A stretch of 64,000 nt of DNA from the NCBI GenBank assembly GCA_051886175.1, contig JBJEXV010000060.1:7452-71451 (forward strand), written 5' to 3'. The notes below the pieces were generated by a model. That model saw nothing but the letters and a program-made list of their open reading frames with translations, searched no databases and was not told the origin of the DNA. The stretch comes from Candidatus Coprovivens sp. (GTDB taxonomy: Bacteria > Bacillota_I > Bacilli_A > RF39 > UBA660). Shown here piece after piece: positions 17,787 to 28,470 of the stretch; the stretch's first letter is position 1; each line of letters opens with the position of its first letter. The position numbers and the translations under genes were made by a program.

Positions 17787-19305
17787 AGAAAAAATAACTT
17801 TAAACCCAGTTCTAACATTCCTAATTCTTATCTTAGCTACAATCGTATTAAGTGGATTCTTACACTTAGTAGGATTTGAAGCAACATACAACAAGATAGA
17901 TTTAACAACAGGCGAATATATAGCTACATCAGAAAGCGTAGAGTCACTAATGAACTTAAGTGGCATTAAATACATATTTACTTCTACAGTATCGAATTTT
18001 ACAGCTTTCACACCGTTAAGTACACTTATAATCATCTTGATAGGTATAGGTATAATGGAAAAGAGTGGTTTCCTAAAAACCACATTTACAATATTAACTA
18101 AGTTTTGTAAACGATATACAATAACATTTTGGTTAGTATTAATAAGTGTAGCATTCAGTATAATGGGTGATATTGGGTACGCGGTAATGATTCCGCTAGC
18201 AGCATTAATGTTTAGTTACGGAAGACGAAATCCAATATTGGGTATAGTTGCTGTATACGCGGGTCTTACTTGTGGTACAGGACTAAGTATGTTCCTAACA
18301 GCAATAGATAGTGAGATGTTAGGTTACACATTAGCAAATGCCCATAACATCGACCCAACATATAATTTATCAACAATGTGTTTCTTATTTATTATGGCGG
18401 TTGCAGTAATATTAATATCAATCATAATAACTACAATAGTTGAAAAATATAGTGCTTCTAGAGTAGAAAAATATGAATACAAAGATGATAAAAAAGAATT
18501 AAGATTAGGAAAAAGAGAATATAGAGGTTTAATATTTTCAATCAGTGGAGGAGCAATCTACTTATTGATTTTTATCTATAACATTATTCCTGGATTACCG
18601 TTTTCAGGAAACTTACTAGATTATAGTCAAAACTTTTATATAGACAAACTATTCAGTCACGATTCATTCTTCAGTAATGGTTTCGTATTTATAGTAACAA
18701 TGTTCTTTATTATATTAGGTCTATTCTACGGATTAGGAGCTAAAACAATTAAGAATAATAATGATTTCTGTGAAGACTTAACACATTCATTAGATGGAAT
18801 TGGTCGTACAGTAATATTAATATTGCTTGGTTCAGTATTAATAAATATATTTAAAAAGAGTAACATTGGTGTAGTTATAACAGCTACATTAGCTAACATA
18901 GTAAAAGATACATCATTTACGGGCATACCGTTAATTATTGCAATCTTTGCTATAACAGCTATATCAAGTTTATTCTTAACCGGATCATCAGCTAAATGGG
19001 CAATAATATCATCAGTAGCAATACCGATGTTTATGAACTCAAGCTTAAGTCCTGAGTTTACTCAATTAATTGCAAGATTCGGTGAAAGTGCCGCAATTGG
19101 TTTAACACCATTACTAGCGTACTTCACAGTATATATTTCATATATTGAAAAATATAATCAAGGAGACAAACCGATTAGTATGTTTAGAACATTAAGATAT
19201 CAATTACCTTATAGTATTCTAATTGGAGCAGTCTTAATACTATTATTAATAGCTTGGTACTTAATTGGTTTACCAATTGGACCAGGTGGAGTAGTAACAA
19301 TATAA
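17773..19305 (+). CDS. AbgT-family transporter-like membrane protein
   Basis: About 510 aa, polytopic, N-terminal LNPVLTFLILILATIVLSG pattern reminiscent of AbgT/MtrF. Confidence 0.5.
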   Translation: MNKFKEKITLNPVLTFLILILATIVLSGFLHLVGFEATYNKIDLTTGEYIATSESVESLMNLSGIKYIFTSTVSNFTAFTPLSTLIIILIGIGIMEKSGFLKTTFTILTKFCKRYTITFWLVLISVAFSIMGDIGYAVMIPLAALMFSYGRRNPILGIVAVYAGLTCGTGLSMFLTAIDSEMLGYTLANAHNIDPTYNLSTMCFLFIMAVAVILISIIITTIVEKYSASRVEKYEYKDDKKELRLGKREYRGLIFSISGGAIYLLIFIYNIIPGLPFSGNLLDYSQNFYIDKLFSHDSFFSNGFVFIVTMFFIILGLFYGLGAKTIKNNNDFCEDLTHSLDGIGRTVILILLGSVLINIFKKSNIGVVITATLANIVKDTSFTGIPLIIAIFAITAISSLFLTGSSAKWAIISSVAIPMFMNSSLSPEFTQLIARFGESAAIGLTPLLAYFTVYISYIEKYNQGDKPISMFRTLRYQLPYSILIGAVLILLLIAWYLIGLPIGPGGVVTI

Positions 19306-19307
19306 AA

Positions 19308-19333
19308 ACAATTGAAGTCTCAATTGTTTTTTT
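19308..19333 (+). terminator. Rho-independent terminator (ACAATTGA-agtc-TCAATTGT plus T7) overlapping a -10 TATAAT for ychF
   Basis: Perfect 8-bp stem followed by a T-run. Confidence 0.6.
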
Positions 19334-19365
19334 ATATAATAACAAATGAACAGAGGTGTATATAT

Positions 19366-20472
19366 ATGGCATTAAAAGCTGGAATAGTAGGACTACCTAA
19401 CGTAGGTAAATCTACATTATTTAACGCAATAACAAAAAAGAATATATTAGCTGCTAACTATCCATTTGCAACAATCGAACCAAATGTAGGAGTAGTTACA
19501 GTACCAGACAAAAGATTAGACAAATTAAACGAGATGTATATTCCTAAAAAACTAGTACCAACTACATTTGAATTTACGGACATAGCAGGATTAGTTAAAG
19601 GAGCATCTAAAGGGGAAGGATTAGGAAATAAATTCCTATCACATATTAGAGAAGTAGATGCAATAGTAGAAGTAGTAAGATGCTTTGAAGATGGTGAAAT
19701 AACTCACGTAGAAGGTAAAATAGATCCAATTCGTGATATTGAAATAATCAATGCAGAATTAATACTAGCTGACTTAGAAATAGTAGAAAATAGAATATCT
19801 AAAATAGAAAAGAAAGCTGAAACTACTAAAGACAAACAAGCAGTATTAGAATTAGGTGCATTAAGAAAATCAAGAGAAGCACTACTAGCAGAAATACCAC
19901 TAAGACAAGTAGAATTTACTGAGGATGAACTAGTAGCAGTATCAGGATTTAACTTTATCACACTAAAAAAAGTTATTTATGCTGCTAACGTATCTGAAGA
20001 AGATGCAGTACTAGGAGAAAATGAATTTACTAAACAAGTACATGAATACGCTGAAAAAGAAGGATCACAAGTAATAGTAATGTGTGCCAAATTAGAAAGC
20101 GAACTATCTGGTTTAGAAGATGAAGATAGAAAAGTATTCATGGAAGATCTAGGACTTAATGCTTCAGGATTAGATATGTTAATTAAAGCTACATATGACT
20201 TATTAGGTCTTAAGACATTCTTTACTTCAGGAACTGATGAATGTCGTGCGTGGACATTTAAAAATGGTATGAAAGCACCTGAATGTGCTGGTATAATCCA
20301 CACAGATTTCCAAAAAGGATTTATTAAAGCAGAAGTTATGTCTTACGAAGATTTAGAAAGACTTGGAAGTGAAAAAGCAGTACAAGAAGCTGGAAAACTT
20401 CGCTTAGAAGGTAAAGAATATGTAATGCAAGATGGAGACATATGTTTCTTCAGATTCAACGTAACTAAATAA
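19366..20472 (+). CDS. ychF: Ribosome-binding ATPase YchF (Obg-family GTPase)
   Basis: G1 motif GLPNVGKST, C-terminal TGS domain; SD AGAGGTG before the ATG at 19366. Confidence 0.9.
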   Translation: MALKAGIVGLPNVGKSTLFNAITKKNILAANYPFATIEPNVGVVTVPDKRLDKLNEMYIPKKLVPTTFEFTDIAGLVKGASKGEGLGNKFLSHIREVDAIVEVVRCFEDGEITHVEGKIDPIRDIEIINAELILADLEIVENRISKIEKKAETTKDKQAVLELGALRKSREALLAEIPLRQVEFTEDELVAVSGFNFITLKKVIYAANVSEEDAVLGENEFTKQVHEYAEKEGSQVIVMCAKLESELSGLEDEDRKVFMEDLGLNASGLDMLIKATYDLLGLKTFFTSGTDECRAWTFKNGMKAPECAGIIHTDFQKGFIKAEVMSYEDLERLGSEKAVQEAGKLRLEGKEYVMQDGDICFFRFNVTK

Positions 20473-20475
20473 ATG

Positions 20476-20574
20476 TTTACAAAAAAAAACTAAGATGTTA
20501 TAATACTTGCGAGTAAGAAATTTACTCCTTGCTTTGTGCTGGTCACAAAGCCGAACGACCATAAGGAGGTGTGA
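20476..20574 (+). promoter_or_regulatory. rpsF operon promoter (TTTACA-17-TATAAT) and 5' leader with a conserved-type hairpin (CTTTGTG-ctggt-CACAAAG at 20532-20550)
   Basis: Consensus-like -35 and -10 with 17-nt spacing; perfect 7-bp hairpin in the leader just upstream of the SD. Confidence 0.55.
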
Positions 20575-20871
20575 ATGAATATGAAAAAATACGAAATGAT
20601 GTTCATCGTAAAAGCAACTATGGAAAGTGATGCTGTTAAAGCTACTGCTGAAGGTATCAAAAAAGTAGTTACTGACTGCGAAGGAAAAGTTGTAGAATTC
20701 AAAGAACTAGGTGAAAAGAAATTAGCTTATCCTATCAAAAAAGAACTTAATGGTTACTACTATGTAATGACTATTGAAATCGGAAAAGAAGGTCAAGCTG
20801 AATTAGACCGTAGAACTGGTTTAGACGAAAACGTATTAAGACATTTAATTGTTAAATTAGATGAGGAGTAA
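20575..20871 (+). CDS. rpsF: 30S ribosomal protein S6
   Basis: KKYEMMFIV S6 N-terminus; SD AAGGAGG. Confidence 0.9.
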   Translation: MNMKKYEMMFIVKATMESDAVKATAEGIKKVVTDCEGKVVEFKELGEKKLAYPIKKELNGYYYVMTIEIGKEGQAELDRRTGLDENVLRHLIVKLDEE

Positions 20872-20876
20872 GAGTT

Positions 20877-21323
20877 ATGAATAAAGCGATTATAATCGGA
20901 AGATTAACTAGAGATCCAGAAATGCGTACTACTACTAGTGGGACAAATTCTACAACATTTACTGTAGCTGTATCTCGTAATTATACTTCAGCTAACGGAG
21001 AAAGAGAAACTGACTTCTTAAACTGCGTAGCATGGAGAAAACAAGCAGAAAATATAGCTAAGTATTGTACAAAAGGTTCACAAGTAGCCGTAGAAGGAAG
21101 AATCCAAACTAGAAGTTACGACGCACAAGATGGAACTAAAAGATACGTAACAGAAATTATTGCTGACAACGTTACATTCCTTGGAGGAAAAGGAAGTAAT
21201 GTTCCTAGCGAAGACAATTATGTAGGTGGAAGTAGTTCTGTAGATACTACTGATATCAGCGAAGATCCATTCAAAGACTTCGGTGAAGAAGTTGCTCTAA
21301 GTGACGACGACCTACCATTCTAA
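20877..21323 (+). CDS. ssb: Single-stranded DNA-binding protein
   Basis: OB-fold SSB motifs and acidic C-terminal tail DDDLPF. Confidence 0.9.
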   Translation: MNKAIIIGRLTRDPEMRTTTSGTNSTTFTVAVSRNYTSANGERETDFLNCVAWRKQAENIAKYCTKGSQVAVEGRIQTRSYDAQDGTKRYVTEIIADNVTFLGGKGSNVPSEDNYVGGSSSVDTTDISEDPFKDFGEEVALSDDDLPF

Positions 21324-21340
21324 AAAGGAGGATTTATAAC

Positions 21341-21556
21341 ATGGCTGAATTTTATCGTAAGAAAAAGAAAATATGCCAAATGTGTGCTGGTAAAAGCGTA
21401 GATTACAAAGATGTAATGATCGTTTCTAAATATATCAATGAAAAAGGCAAAATTATGCCTCGTAGAATGACTGGTGCATGTGCAAAACATCAAAGACATA
21501 TAGCTCAACAAATTAAATGGGCTAGATACATGGCATTAATTCCATACGTAAAATAA
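21341..21556 (+). CDS. rpsR: 30S ribosomal protein S18
   Basis: S18 signature; rpsF-ssb-rpsR synteny. Confidence 0.9.
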   Translation: MAEFYRKKKKICQMCAGKSVDYKDVMIVSKYINEKGKIMPRRMTGACAKHQRHIAQQIKWARYMALIPYVK

Positions 21557-21564
21557 TAAATTAA

Positions 21565-21589
21565 ATACTCAGTAATGAGTATTTTTTTA
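21565..21589 (+). terminator. Rho-independent terminator (ATACTCA-gtaa-TGAGTAT plus T6)
   Basis: Perfect 7-bp stem followed by a T-run. Confidence 0.6.
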
Positions 21590-21613
21590 TCGCTAAGAGA
21601 GGAGGGGGAGATT

Positions 21614-22798
21614 ATGAAAAAACAAATACCAAAAACAGTTGTGGATATCATGACACTTATTAACAATCAAGATAAACAAGTATATGTAATCGGAGGAGCA
21701 GTCCGAGATTTTATAATTGGTAAAAAACCAACTGATTTCGATTTATGTACTAATCTTCCTCTTTTAGCAATAAAAGAACAAATACCTCATTTCCATCTTA
21801 TGAAACAAACTAGTATAAGAAATGCAGGTGTAATAAGAATAGATGACACGATAATGGAAATATCTGAATTTAAAGGTGAAACGTTAGAAGAAGATATCCA
21901 AAAAAGAGACTTTACAATAAATGGAATAGCAATAGATAAAGAAGGAACTATCATCGACCCATTCAATTTTCAACAAGACATACACAATAAAACAATATCT
22001 TTAATAGATAAAACCGGTAATTCAATAAAAGAGAATCCATTATTAATTTTAAGAGCAATCCGTCTAGCTTGCCAACTTGGTTTTAAAATAGATGAAGAAA
22101 CTAAACAACAAATATATAAACATAAAGTAAGTATTACTCGATTTATCGGGCAACGAGTTAATATTGAACTATCAAAAATGCTTGTAACAGATTTATTCCC
22201 TAAATACTTAGATGAGTACTTTGACATATTCCTAATGATATTACCAGAACTTATTAACATCAATTATGATAGCATAGAAAAAAGAACTAAGTTATTAACA
22301 ATAATGCCAAATAACTTACCGTTAAAACTAGCAGCATTATTTACATATAATGGAAACCCTACACAAGACTTTACACAATTTGCTAATAGAATGATGCTAG
22401 ATAAAAAAACAACTAAACTAGTTTTAGAATTATTATCATATAAAGATAAAAATATAGATATCTCTAGAACCGGCATAAATAGGACAATTCACAAATTTAA
22501 TGTACAGAATGTTGATTTATTATTTGCATATAAAAAAGCCGTTATGGAAATGAATAACGACTGTACAAAACATATGGGTAAAGTTAAAAAATTATATCAA
22601 TCAGTTGTTGACGATATAATATCAACAAGAGTATCGAATATAAAAATTAATACTACTAGATTAGTTGAAATGGGTTATACATCTGAAGAATCTACATTAA
22701 TATTCGAAGATATAAAAGGAAGAATAATAACAAATAGTTTACAAAACGATGAAAAAAGCATTAATTCATATATATTAAAAAATTATAAAAGAAGCTAA
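21614..22798 (+). CDS. tRNA nucleotidyltransferase (CCA-adding) / poly(A) polymerase family protein
   Basis: Head-domain motif IGGAVRDFIIGKKPTDFDL; SD GGAGGGGGAG before the ATG at 21614. Confidence 0.6.
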   Translation: MKKQIPKTVVDIMTLINNQDKQVYVIGGAVRDFIIGKKPTDFDLCTNLPLLAIKEQIPHFHLMKQTSIRNAGVIRIDDTIMEISEFKGETLEEDIQKRDFTINGIAIDKEGTIIDPFNFQQDIHNKTISLIDKTGNSIKENPLLILRAIRLACQLGFKIDEETKQQIYKHKVSITRFIGQRVNIELSKMLVTDLFPKYLDEYFDIFLMILPELININYDSIEKRTKLLTIMPNNLPLKLAALFTYNGNPTQDFTQFANRMMLDKKTTKLVLELLSYKDKNIDISRTGINRTIHKFNVQNVDLLFAYKKAVMEMNNDCTKHMGKVKKLYQSVVDDIISTRVSNIKINTTRLVEMGYTSEESTLIFEDIKGRIITNSLQNDEKSINSYILKNYKRS

Positions 22799-24181
22799 TT
22801 ATTTATTAGCTTCTTTTAATTTATTAGCAATCTTAGTTACAAAACCTGCACCTAAAGTTAATACTAAATCTCCTTCTTTAACATTATCAGTTAAATATTT
22901 AACAACTTCATCATGATCAGATATATGAATAGAATCTTTACCAAGTTCTTTTAATGCTTTCATTAAATCTTCTTCATGAATATCAAAAGTATTAACTTCT
23001 CTAGCAGCATAAGTATCAATAATTATAATATTATCAAAATTAACTAATGCTTTAGCAAATTCATGTAAATGAGCATTAAGTCTACTATAAGTATGAGCTT
23101 CAAATACAACCCAAGATTCATTGTATTTCTTATTCTTGATACCATTAACAGTAGCCATTATTTCAGTAGGATGATGTCCATAATCATCATAAACTTTAGC
23201 TCCATTTAACATACATTTATATTCTAATCTTCTAGATGCGCCATCAAACTTAATTAACGCTTTATTAACTGTTTCAATATCAATACCATAACAATCACAT
23301 AATGCAGCACAACAAGTAGCATTAAATACATTATGCATACCTGCAACCTTTAATGAAATACTTCCCATTAATTCATTATGTTTATATACATCAAATGTAG
23401 GATAACCATCATCATCAAAGATTACATTCTTATAAGTCCAATCAGAATCTTCATGAACACCAACGCTAACTACAGTAGCTTTAGTACTATCTTTTAATGC
23501 ATAACATCTTTCATCATCTCTATTTAGTATTAAATAACCATCTTCAGGCAATTGACTAACATACTTTTCAAAACTCTTTTGAATATTCTCAATATTTTTA
23601 AAGTAATCTAAATGATCATTATCAATATTTAATACAATAGCACTTCTTTGCTTAAAATTATGATAACTATCACAATATTCACAAGCTTCTATAATAAAGT
23701 AATCACTATTACCAACTCTATAATTACCATTAATTAATTTTAATACAGCACCAACTTGAATAGATGGATCATAGTTAGCTTCCACAAAAACACTTGCTAC
23801 CATACTGGTTGTACTAGTTTTACCATGAGTACCAGCAATACCAATATTATCTTTAAATAACCTAGTAATTTCACCAAGGAATTCACCACGTTCTACAGTT
23901 GGTATATTAAGTTCTTTTGCTTTAACTAATTCTGGATTATCTTGCTTAATAGCAGCAGTATATACAACTAAATCAATATCTTCATTAATATTTTCACTAA
24001 CTTGACCGATATTAACTTTAATACCATTATCTTCTAACCATTCAGTCTGACTAGAACGAGTACTATCAGAACCACTAACTTCATAATTCCAGTGTTTTAA
24101 TATCTCAGCAATACCACTCATACTGATACCGCCAATACCTATCATATATATATGTTTATAATCTTTTATGTTAATTTTCAT
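22799..24181 (-). CDS. murC: UDP-N-acetylmuramate--L-alanine ligase
   Basis: N-terminus MKINIKDYKHIYMIGIGGISMSGIAE and Mur ligase motifs (GTHGKTSTT); SD GGAGTGAG before the ATG at 24181. Confidence 0.85.
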   Translation of the reverse strand: MKINIKDYKHIYMIGIGGISMSGIAEILKHWNYEVSGSDSTRSSQTEWLEDNGIKVNIGQVSENINEDIDLVVYTAAIKQDNPELVKAKELNIPTVERGEFLGEITRLFKDNIGIAGTHGKTSTTSMVASVFVEANYDPSIQVGAVLKLINGNYRVGNSDYFIIEACEYCDSYHNFKQRSAIVLNIDNDHLDYFKNIENIQKSFEKYVSQLPEDGYLILNRDDERCYALKDSTKATVVSVGVHEDSDWTYKNVIFDDDGYPTFDVYKHNELMGSISLKVAGMHNVFNATCCAALCDCYGIDIETVNKALIKFDGASRRLEYKCMLNGAKVYDDYGHHPTEIMATVNGIKNKKYNESWVVFEAHTYSRLNAHLHEFAKALVNFDNIIIIDTYAAREVNTFDIHEEDLMKALKELGKDSIHISDHDEVVKYLTDNVKEGDLVLTLGAGFVTKIANKLKEANK

Positions 24182-24379
24182 AAATCTCACTCCCCAAAGA
24201 TTCAACATCTATAAAAATTATATCATAAATACCTACTATAAATGACAATTAGTTATTTATAATTAATAAAAAAGAGTTATAATAACATCGTTAATTATTC
24301 GTTATGTCCCAGGTACTTCCTAAAGATAGCTATTTTTGGTATAATTAAGTACAGACAATTAACAAAGGAGTGATTGAAA

Positions 24380-24820
24380 ATGAAAGTTATTTTGTTACAA
24401 GATGTCAAAAAACAAGGAAAGAAAGATCAAATCATCGAAGTAAGCGATGGTTATGCTAAGAATTTCCTAATAAAAAATGGTCTAGCTGTCCAAGCAACTC
24501 AAACAAGTAGAAATAGACTTGAAAAAGAACTTGATACTAGAGCCCAAGAAGAAGCAGCTAGAATAGAAGAAAGCAAAAAAATTGCTGAAAAACTACAAAA
24601 TGAAGAAGTTATAATCAAAGTAAAAACTGGAGAACAAGATAAAGTATTCGGTAACGTATCTTCAAAACAAATCTGCGAAGAACTAAAAAAAATGGGTTAT
24701 AATATAGATAAGAAAAAAATCTTAGTTACATATCCAATTGATGTACTAGGAACACATAAAGTAAAAATTCAACTACATAAAAAAGTTGAAGGAGAAATTA
24801 AAGTAACTTTAAAAAAATAA
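24380..24820 (+). CDS. rplI: 50S ribosomal protein L9
   Basis: MKVILLQDVKKQGKKD L9 N-terminus; SD AAAGGAG 9 nt upstream. Confidence 0.9.
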   Translation: MKVILLQDVKKQGKKDQIIEVSDGYAKNFLIKNGLAVQATQTSRNRLEKELDTRAQEEAARIEESKKIAEKLQNEEVIIKVKTGEQDKVFGNVSSKQICEELKKMGYNIDKKKILVTYPIDVLGTHKVKIQLHKKVEGEIKVTLKK

Positions 24821-24851
24821 TAAACAACTTGCGGGGAAGTAGGTGATTTAA

Positions 24852-26210
24852 ATGCCAGTAAGAAAAATGCCACAAAATATTGAAGCAGAAATGAGTGTTC
24901 TAGGAGTAGCATTCTTAAATAAAAATGCACTAGTAAAAATATGTGAAGACTTATATCCAGATATGTTTTATAGTGAAGCTAATAAAAAATTATTTGAAGC
25001 AATTAAAAGATGTTACGATGCTAAAATACCAGTAGATATAACAACTGTCAAAGAAGAATTAGATAAGAAAAAAGAATTATCAGCAGTTGGCGGTATAGAA
25101 TATATTACTGAAGTAATAGATTCAGTAGCAACAGCAGCAAACCTAGATTACTATATTAAAATAGTAAAAGATAAAGCTTTAATAAGAAACTTAATCGACA
25201 CCGCAACAGACATAGTAACAGATGCATACGAAGAAGATGAGGATGTAACTGGATTATTAGACAATGCTGAAAAGAAAATTCTTAATGTTGTAAAAGAAAG
25301 ACAAACAAGTGATTTCATCCATATTAAAGATGCAATTGCAGTGGCACAACAAAATCTAGAAGATTTATCACAAAATAAAACAGATATTACTGGTATACCT
25401 ACAGGATTCTACGATTTGGACAAAGCAACATCAGGATTACATGCCGGTGAAATGATTATAATCGCAGCTCGTCCAGGTATGGGAAAAACAGCATTCGCAT
25501 TAAACATAGCAGTAAATGCAGCAATGAGTACAAAAAAAGCTGTAGCAGTATTTAACTTAGAAATGCCAGCAGAACAATTAGTAAACAGAATGCGTTCTGC
25601 AGTAGGACAGGTTGATTCATACAAAATAAGAACTGGTCAAATGCAACATGAAGACTGGAAGAGAATAAATGAAGCTAACAGCCAACTGTCTGAAACAAAT
25701 ATTCAAATAGTTGACGATGCAAGTATTACAGCGTCTGAAATAAAAGCAAAATGTCGTACATTAGCAAACAAAGAAGAAGGTTTAGGACTTGTTGTAATCG
25801 ACTACTTACAGTTAGTAACAAGCGGTGGAAAAAGACCAGAGTCAAGACAACAAGAAGTTTCAGATATCTCAAGATCATTAAAAACAATGGCTATGGAACT
25901 AAAAGTTCCTGTAATAGCATTAGCCCAATTATCACGTAATGCAGAAAAAAGAGAAAACAATCAACCAATGTTAGCAGACTTACGTGAATCAGGTTCAATT
26001 GAACAAGATGCCGATATGGTATTGTTTATCAACAGAAATGACTACTACAAAGCAAAAGAAAAATTAGATAGAGATAAAAACGTACCAGTAGATATAATAA
26101 TTGCTAAACATCGTAAAGGTTCAACTGGGAAATTCCAATTATTATTCGAATTAAATATGAGTAATTTTAGAAATTACTTACCAACAGAAAAGGAAGAGGA
26201 ATATGAATAG
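24852..26210 (+). CDS. dnaB: Replicative DNA helicase (DnaB family; named DnaC in Bacillus)
   Basis: Walker A ARPGMGKTAF and RecA-like helicase motifs; rplI-dnaB synteny. Confidence 0.9.
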   Translation: MPVRKMPQNIEAEMSVLGVAFLNKNALVKICEDLYPDMFYSEANKKLFEAIKRCYDAKIPVDITTVKEELDKKKELSAVGGIEYITEVIDSVATAANLDYYIKIVKDKALIRNLIDTATDIVTDAYEEDEDVTGLLDNAEKKILNVVKERQTSDFIHIKDAIAVAQQNLEDLSQNKTDITGIPTGFYDLDKATSGLHAGEMIIIAARPGMGKTAFALNIAVNAAMSTKKAVAVFNLEMPAEQLVNRMRSAVGQVDSYKIRTGQMQHEDWKRINEANSQLSETNIQIVDDASITASEIKAKCRTLANKEEGLGLVVIDYLQLVTSGGKRPESRQQEVSDISRSLKTMAMELKVPVIALAQLSRNAEKRENNQPMLADLRESGSIEQDADMVLFINRNDYYKAKEKLDRDKNVPVDIIIAKHRKGSTGKFQLLFELNMSNFRNYLPTEKEEEYE

Positions 26211-27705
26211 TAAACGAATTATAATCTATTCCTTAGTATCAATTATTACATCATTACTTGTAATATGGTGTTTCACGGGTGAAACAAAATATGAGGAACC
26301 AGGTTATATTTACCAAGTATATCTAGATGGGGAAAAAATTGGTTTAATAGATTCGGAAGAAAAATTATATGAACTTATTAACAAAGAACAAATTGCAATC
26401 AAAGATGAGTATCAAGTTAATCAAGTATATCCACCTAAAGGATTCGAAATAATAAGAACTCATACATATGATGAAAATTTATCTACTGTTAAAGAAGTTT
26501 ATGAAAAAATTAAAGAAGAAAAACAATTTACAATAAAAGGTTACACAGTAACTGTTAAAACAACTGAAGAAGGTGTAGAACCTACATATATTTATATGTT
26601 AGATGAAGAAATATTCGATAAAGCAGTAACAAATGTAATAAATACATTCATTACTGAAGAAAGATATGATCAATATCTAACACAAACACAACCAGAAATA
26701 ATAGATACTGGTTACATAATTGAAAAAATGTTCTTTGATGACAAAATAACTATCAAAGAATCATATGTAAGTGTTGATGAAAAAATATATACTACAGAAG
26801 AAGACTTAACTAAGTACTTATTATTCGGCGATAACATTAATCGTCAAGAATATACAGTTATTCAAGGTGATACAATTGAAAAAATTGCTGAATCACATCA
26901 ACTTAACGTCGACGAATTATTAATTGCTAACGATGCGATAGATAGCGAAGATACATTACTAGCGATAGGTCAAACCTTAAACGTTGCCTTGATCGATCCA
27001 GTATTATCACTAGTATACGAAGAATTAGTTGTAGAAGATGTTGAACAAATGTATAACTTAGTCGTAAGAGAAGATCCGACTCAATACACAACATATAACG
27101 TTGTTACTCAAGCAGGCTCAAAAGGTATAAACCGTGTAACAAAAAGAGTTCAATTTACAAATGGTGAACAAAACCAAGGTGTTGCATTTATTGGAGAGCC
27201 AGTAGTTGTTGTTCCTGCAGTTGACCAAATAACAGTCAAAGGTACTAAAAAGTATTCTTATAATAGCAACACTGGAACAGGATCATACATTGATACTGGA
27301 CAAATTTGGGGATGGCCAACAAACCAACCTTCAGTTATTACGTCACATTATGGATGGCGTTGGGGTACATTGCATGATGGACTTGATATTTCAGGTACTG
27401 GTTATGGTTCACCAATCTACGCAATCCTAGATGGAGAAGTAGTAAGTGCTCAATATGGTGGTATGGTAGGCTCATCAGCCGGATATAACGTAGTTATTAG
27501 ACACAATAACGGATATTACTCGGTATATGCCCACATGTCTGGAATGCCTCCAGTTAGAGTAGGTCAATGGGTAACACGAGGTCAAAGAATTGGTTCAATG
27601 GGACGAAGCGGTGTAGCAACAGGTACACACGTACACTTAGGTTTATTTTATGGTACACCATACAATGGTGGATATTCAGTTAACCCAATGAGATTATATC
27701 AATAG
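26203..27705 (+). CDS. LysM-domain M23 family metallopeptidase (membrane-anchored)
   Basis: N-terminal TM segment, LysM repeat (YTVIQGDTIEKIAESHQLNVDELL), C-terminal M23 motifs (HDGLDI...HVHLG). Confidence 0.75.
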   Translation: MNSKRIIIYSLVSIITSLLVIWCFTGETKYEEPGYIYQVYLDGEKIGLIDSEEKLYELINKEQIAIKDEYQVNQVYPPKGFEIIRTHTYDENLSTVKEVYEKIKEEKQFTIKGYTVTVKTTEEGVEPTYIYMLDEEIFDKAVTNVINTFITEERYDQYLTQTQPEIIDTGYIIEKMFFDDKITIKESYVSVDEKIYTTEEDLTKYLLFGDNINRQEYTVIQGDTIEKIAESHQLNVDELLIANDAIDSEDTLLAIGQTLNVALIDPVLSLVYEELVVEDVEQMYNLVVREDPTQYTTYNVVTQAGSKGINRVTKRVQFTNGEQNQGVAFIGEPVVVVPAVDQITVKGTKKYSYNSNTGTGSYIDTGQIWGWPTNQPSVITSHYGWRWGTLHDGLDISGTGYGSPIYAILDGEVVSAQYGGMVGSSAGYNVVIRHNNGYYSVYAHMSGMPPVRVGQWVTRGQRIGSMGRSGVATGTHVHLGLFYGTPYNGGYSVNPMRLYQ

Positions 27706-28470
27706 ATGAAAGCTTGTGTATTAGCTAGTGGCTCAGAAGGCAATGTAACATATATAGAAACAGAAAACCATAAAATCTTACTAGATATTGGAATGACTGT
27801 TAAATATATTACAGAAAAGCTTTCTGAGCTTTCTGTTAGCCCATCTGATATCGACCATGTATTCATAACACACGTCCATGACGATCACGTTAAAGCATTG
27901 AAACAATTCATAAAAAAATACAAACCAACTATATGTGTAAGTCCTTTAATATTAGCTGAATTAGAAGTATTAAAAGACTACGAGAATATACTAATATATG
28001 ATGACGCTGTATACTTGGATGATGTTAAAATAGATATCATAAAAACATCACATGATACAACAGATTCAAGAGGATTCATAATTGAGAGTAAAGGAAAATC
28101 AATTGTATACCTAACAGATACTGGTTTCATAAACCAAAAGTATTTTCCTAAGCTACAAAACAAAAACATTTACTTATTTGAAAGTAATCATGATATAGAA
28201 ATGTTACTTAACGGTCCATATCCAAAATGGTTAAAAGATAGAGTACTAGGTCCAAAAGGCCACTTATCAAATAAAGATAGTTCAATCTACCTAGCCAAGA
28301 ACATCGGGCCTGCAACAGAAAAAATAGTACTAATGCACTTAAGTCATAAAAACAATACTGAAGAATTAGCATTATCTACAATAAAAGAAATATTTGAAGA
28401 ATATGAAATACCATTCGATAATATTACATGTGCAAAACAAAAAGAAAAAAGTGAGTTGATGATATTATGA
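27706..28470 (+). CDS. MBL-fold metallo-hydrolase (WalJ/YycJ-like)
   Basis: N-terminus MKACVLASGSEGNVTYIET, HxHxDH motif (HVHDDH). Confidence 0.7.
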   Translation: MKACVLASGSEGNVTYIETENHKILLDIGMTVKYITEKLSELSVSPSDIDHVFITHVHDDHVKALKQFIKKYKPTICVSPLILAELEVLKDYENILIYDDAVYLDDVKIDIIKTSHDTTDSRGFIIESKGKSIVYLTDTGFINQKYFPKLQNKNIYLFESNHDIEMLLNGPYPKWLKDRVLGPKGHLSNKDSSIYLAKNIGPATEKIVLMHLSHKNNTEELALSTIKEIFEEYEIPFDNITCAKQKEKSELMIL

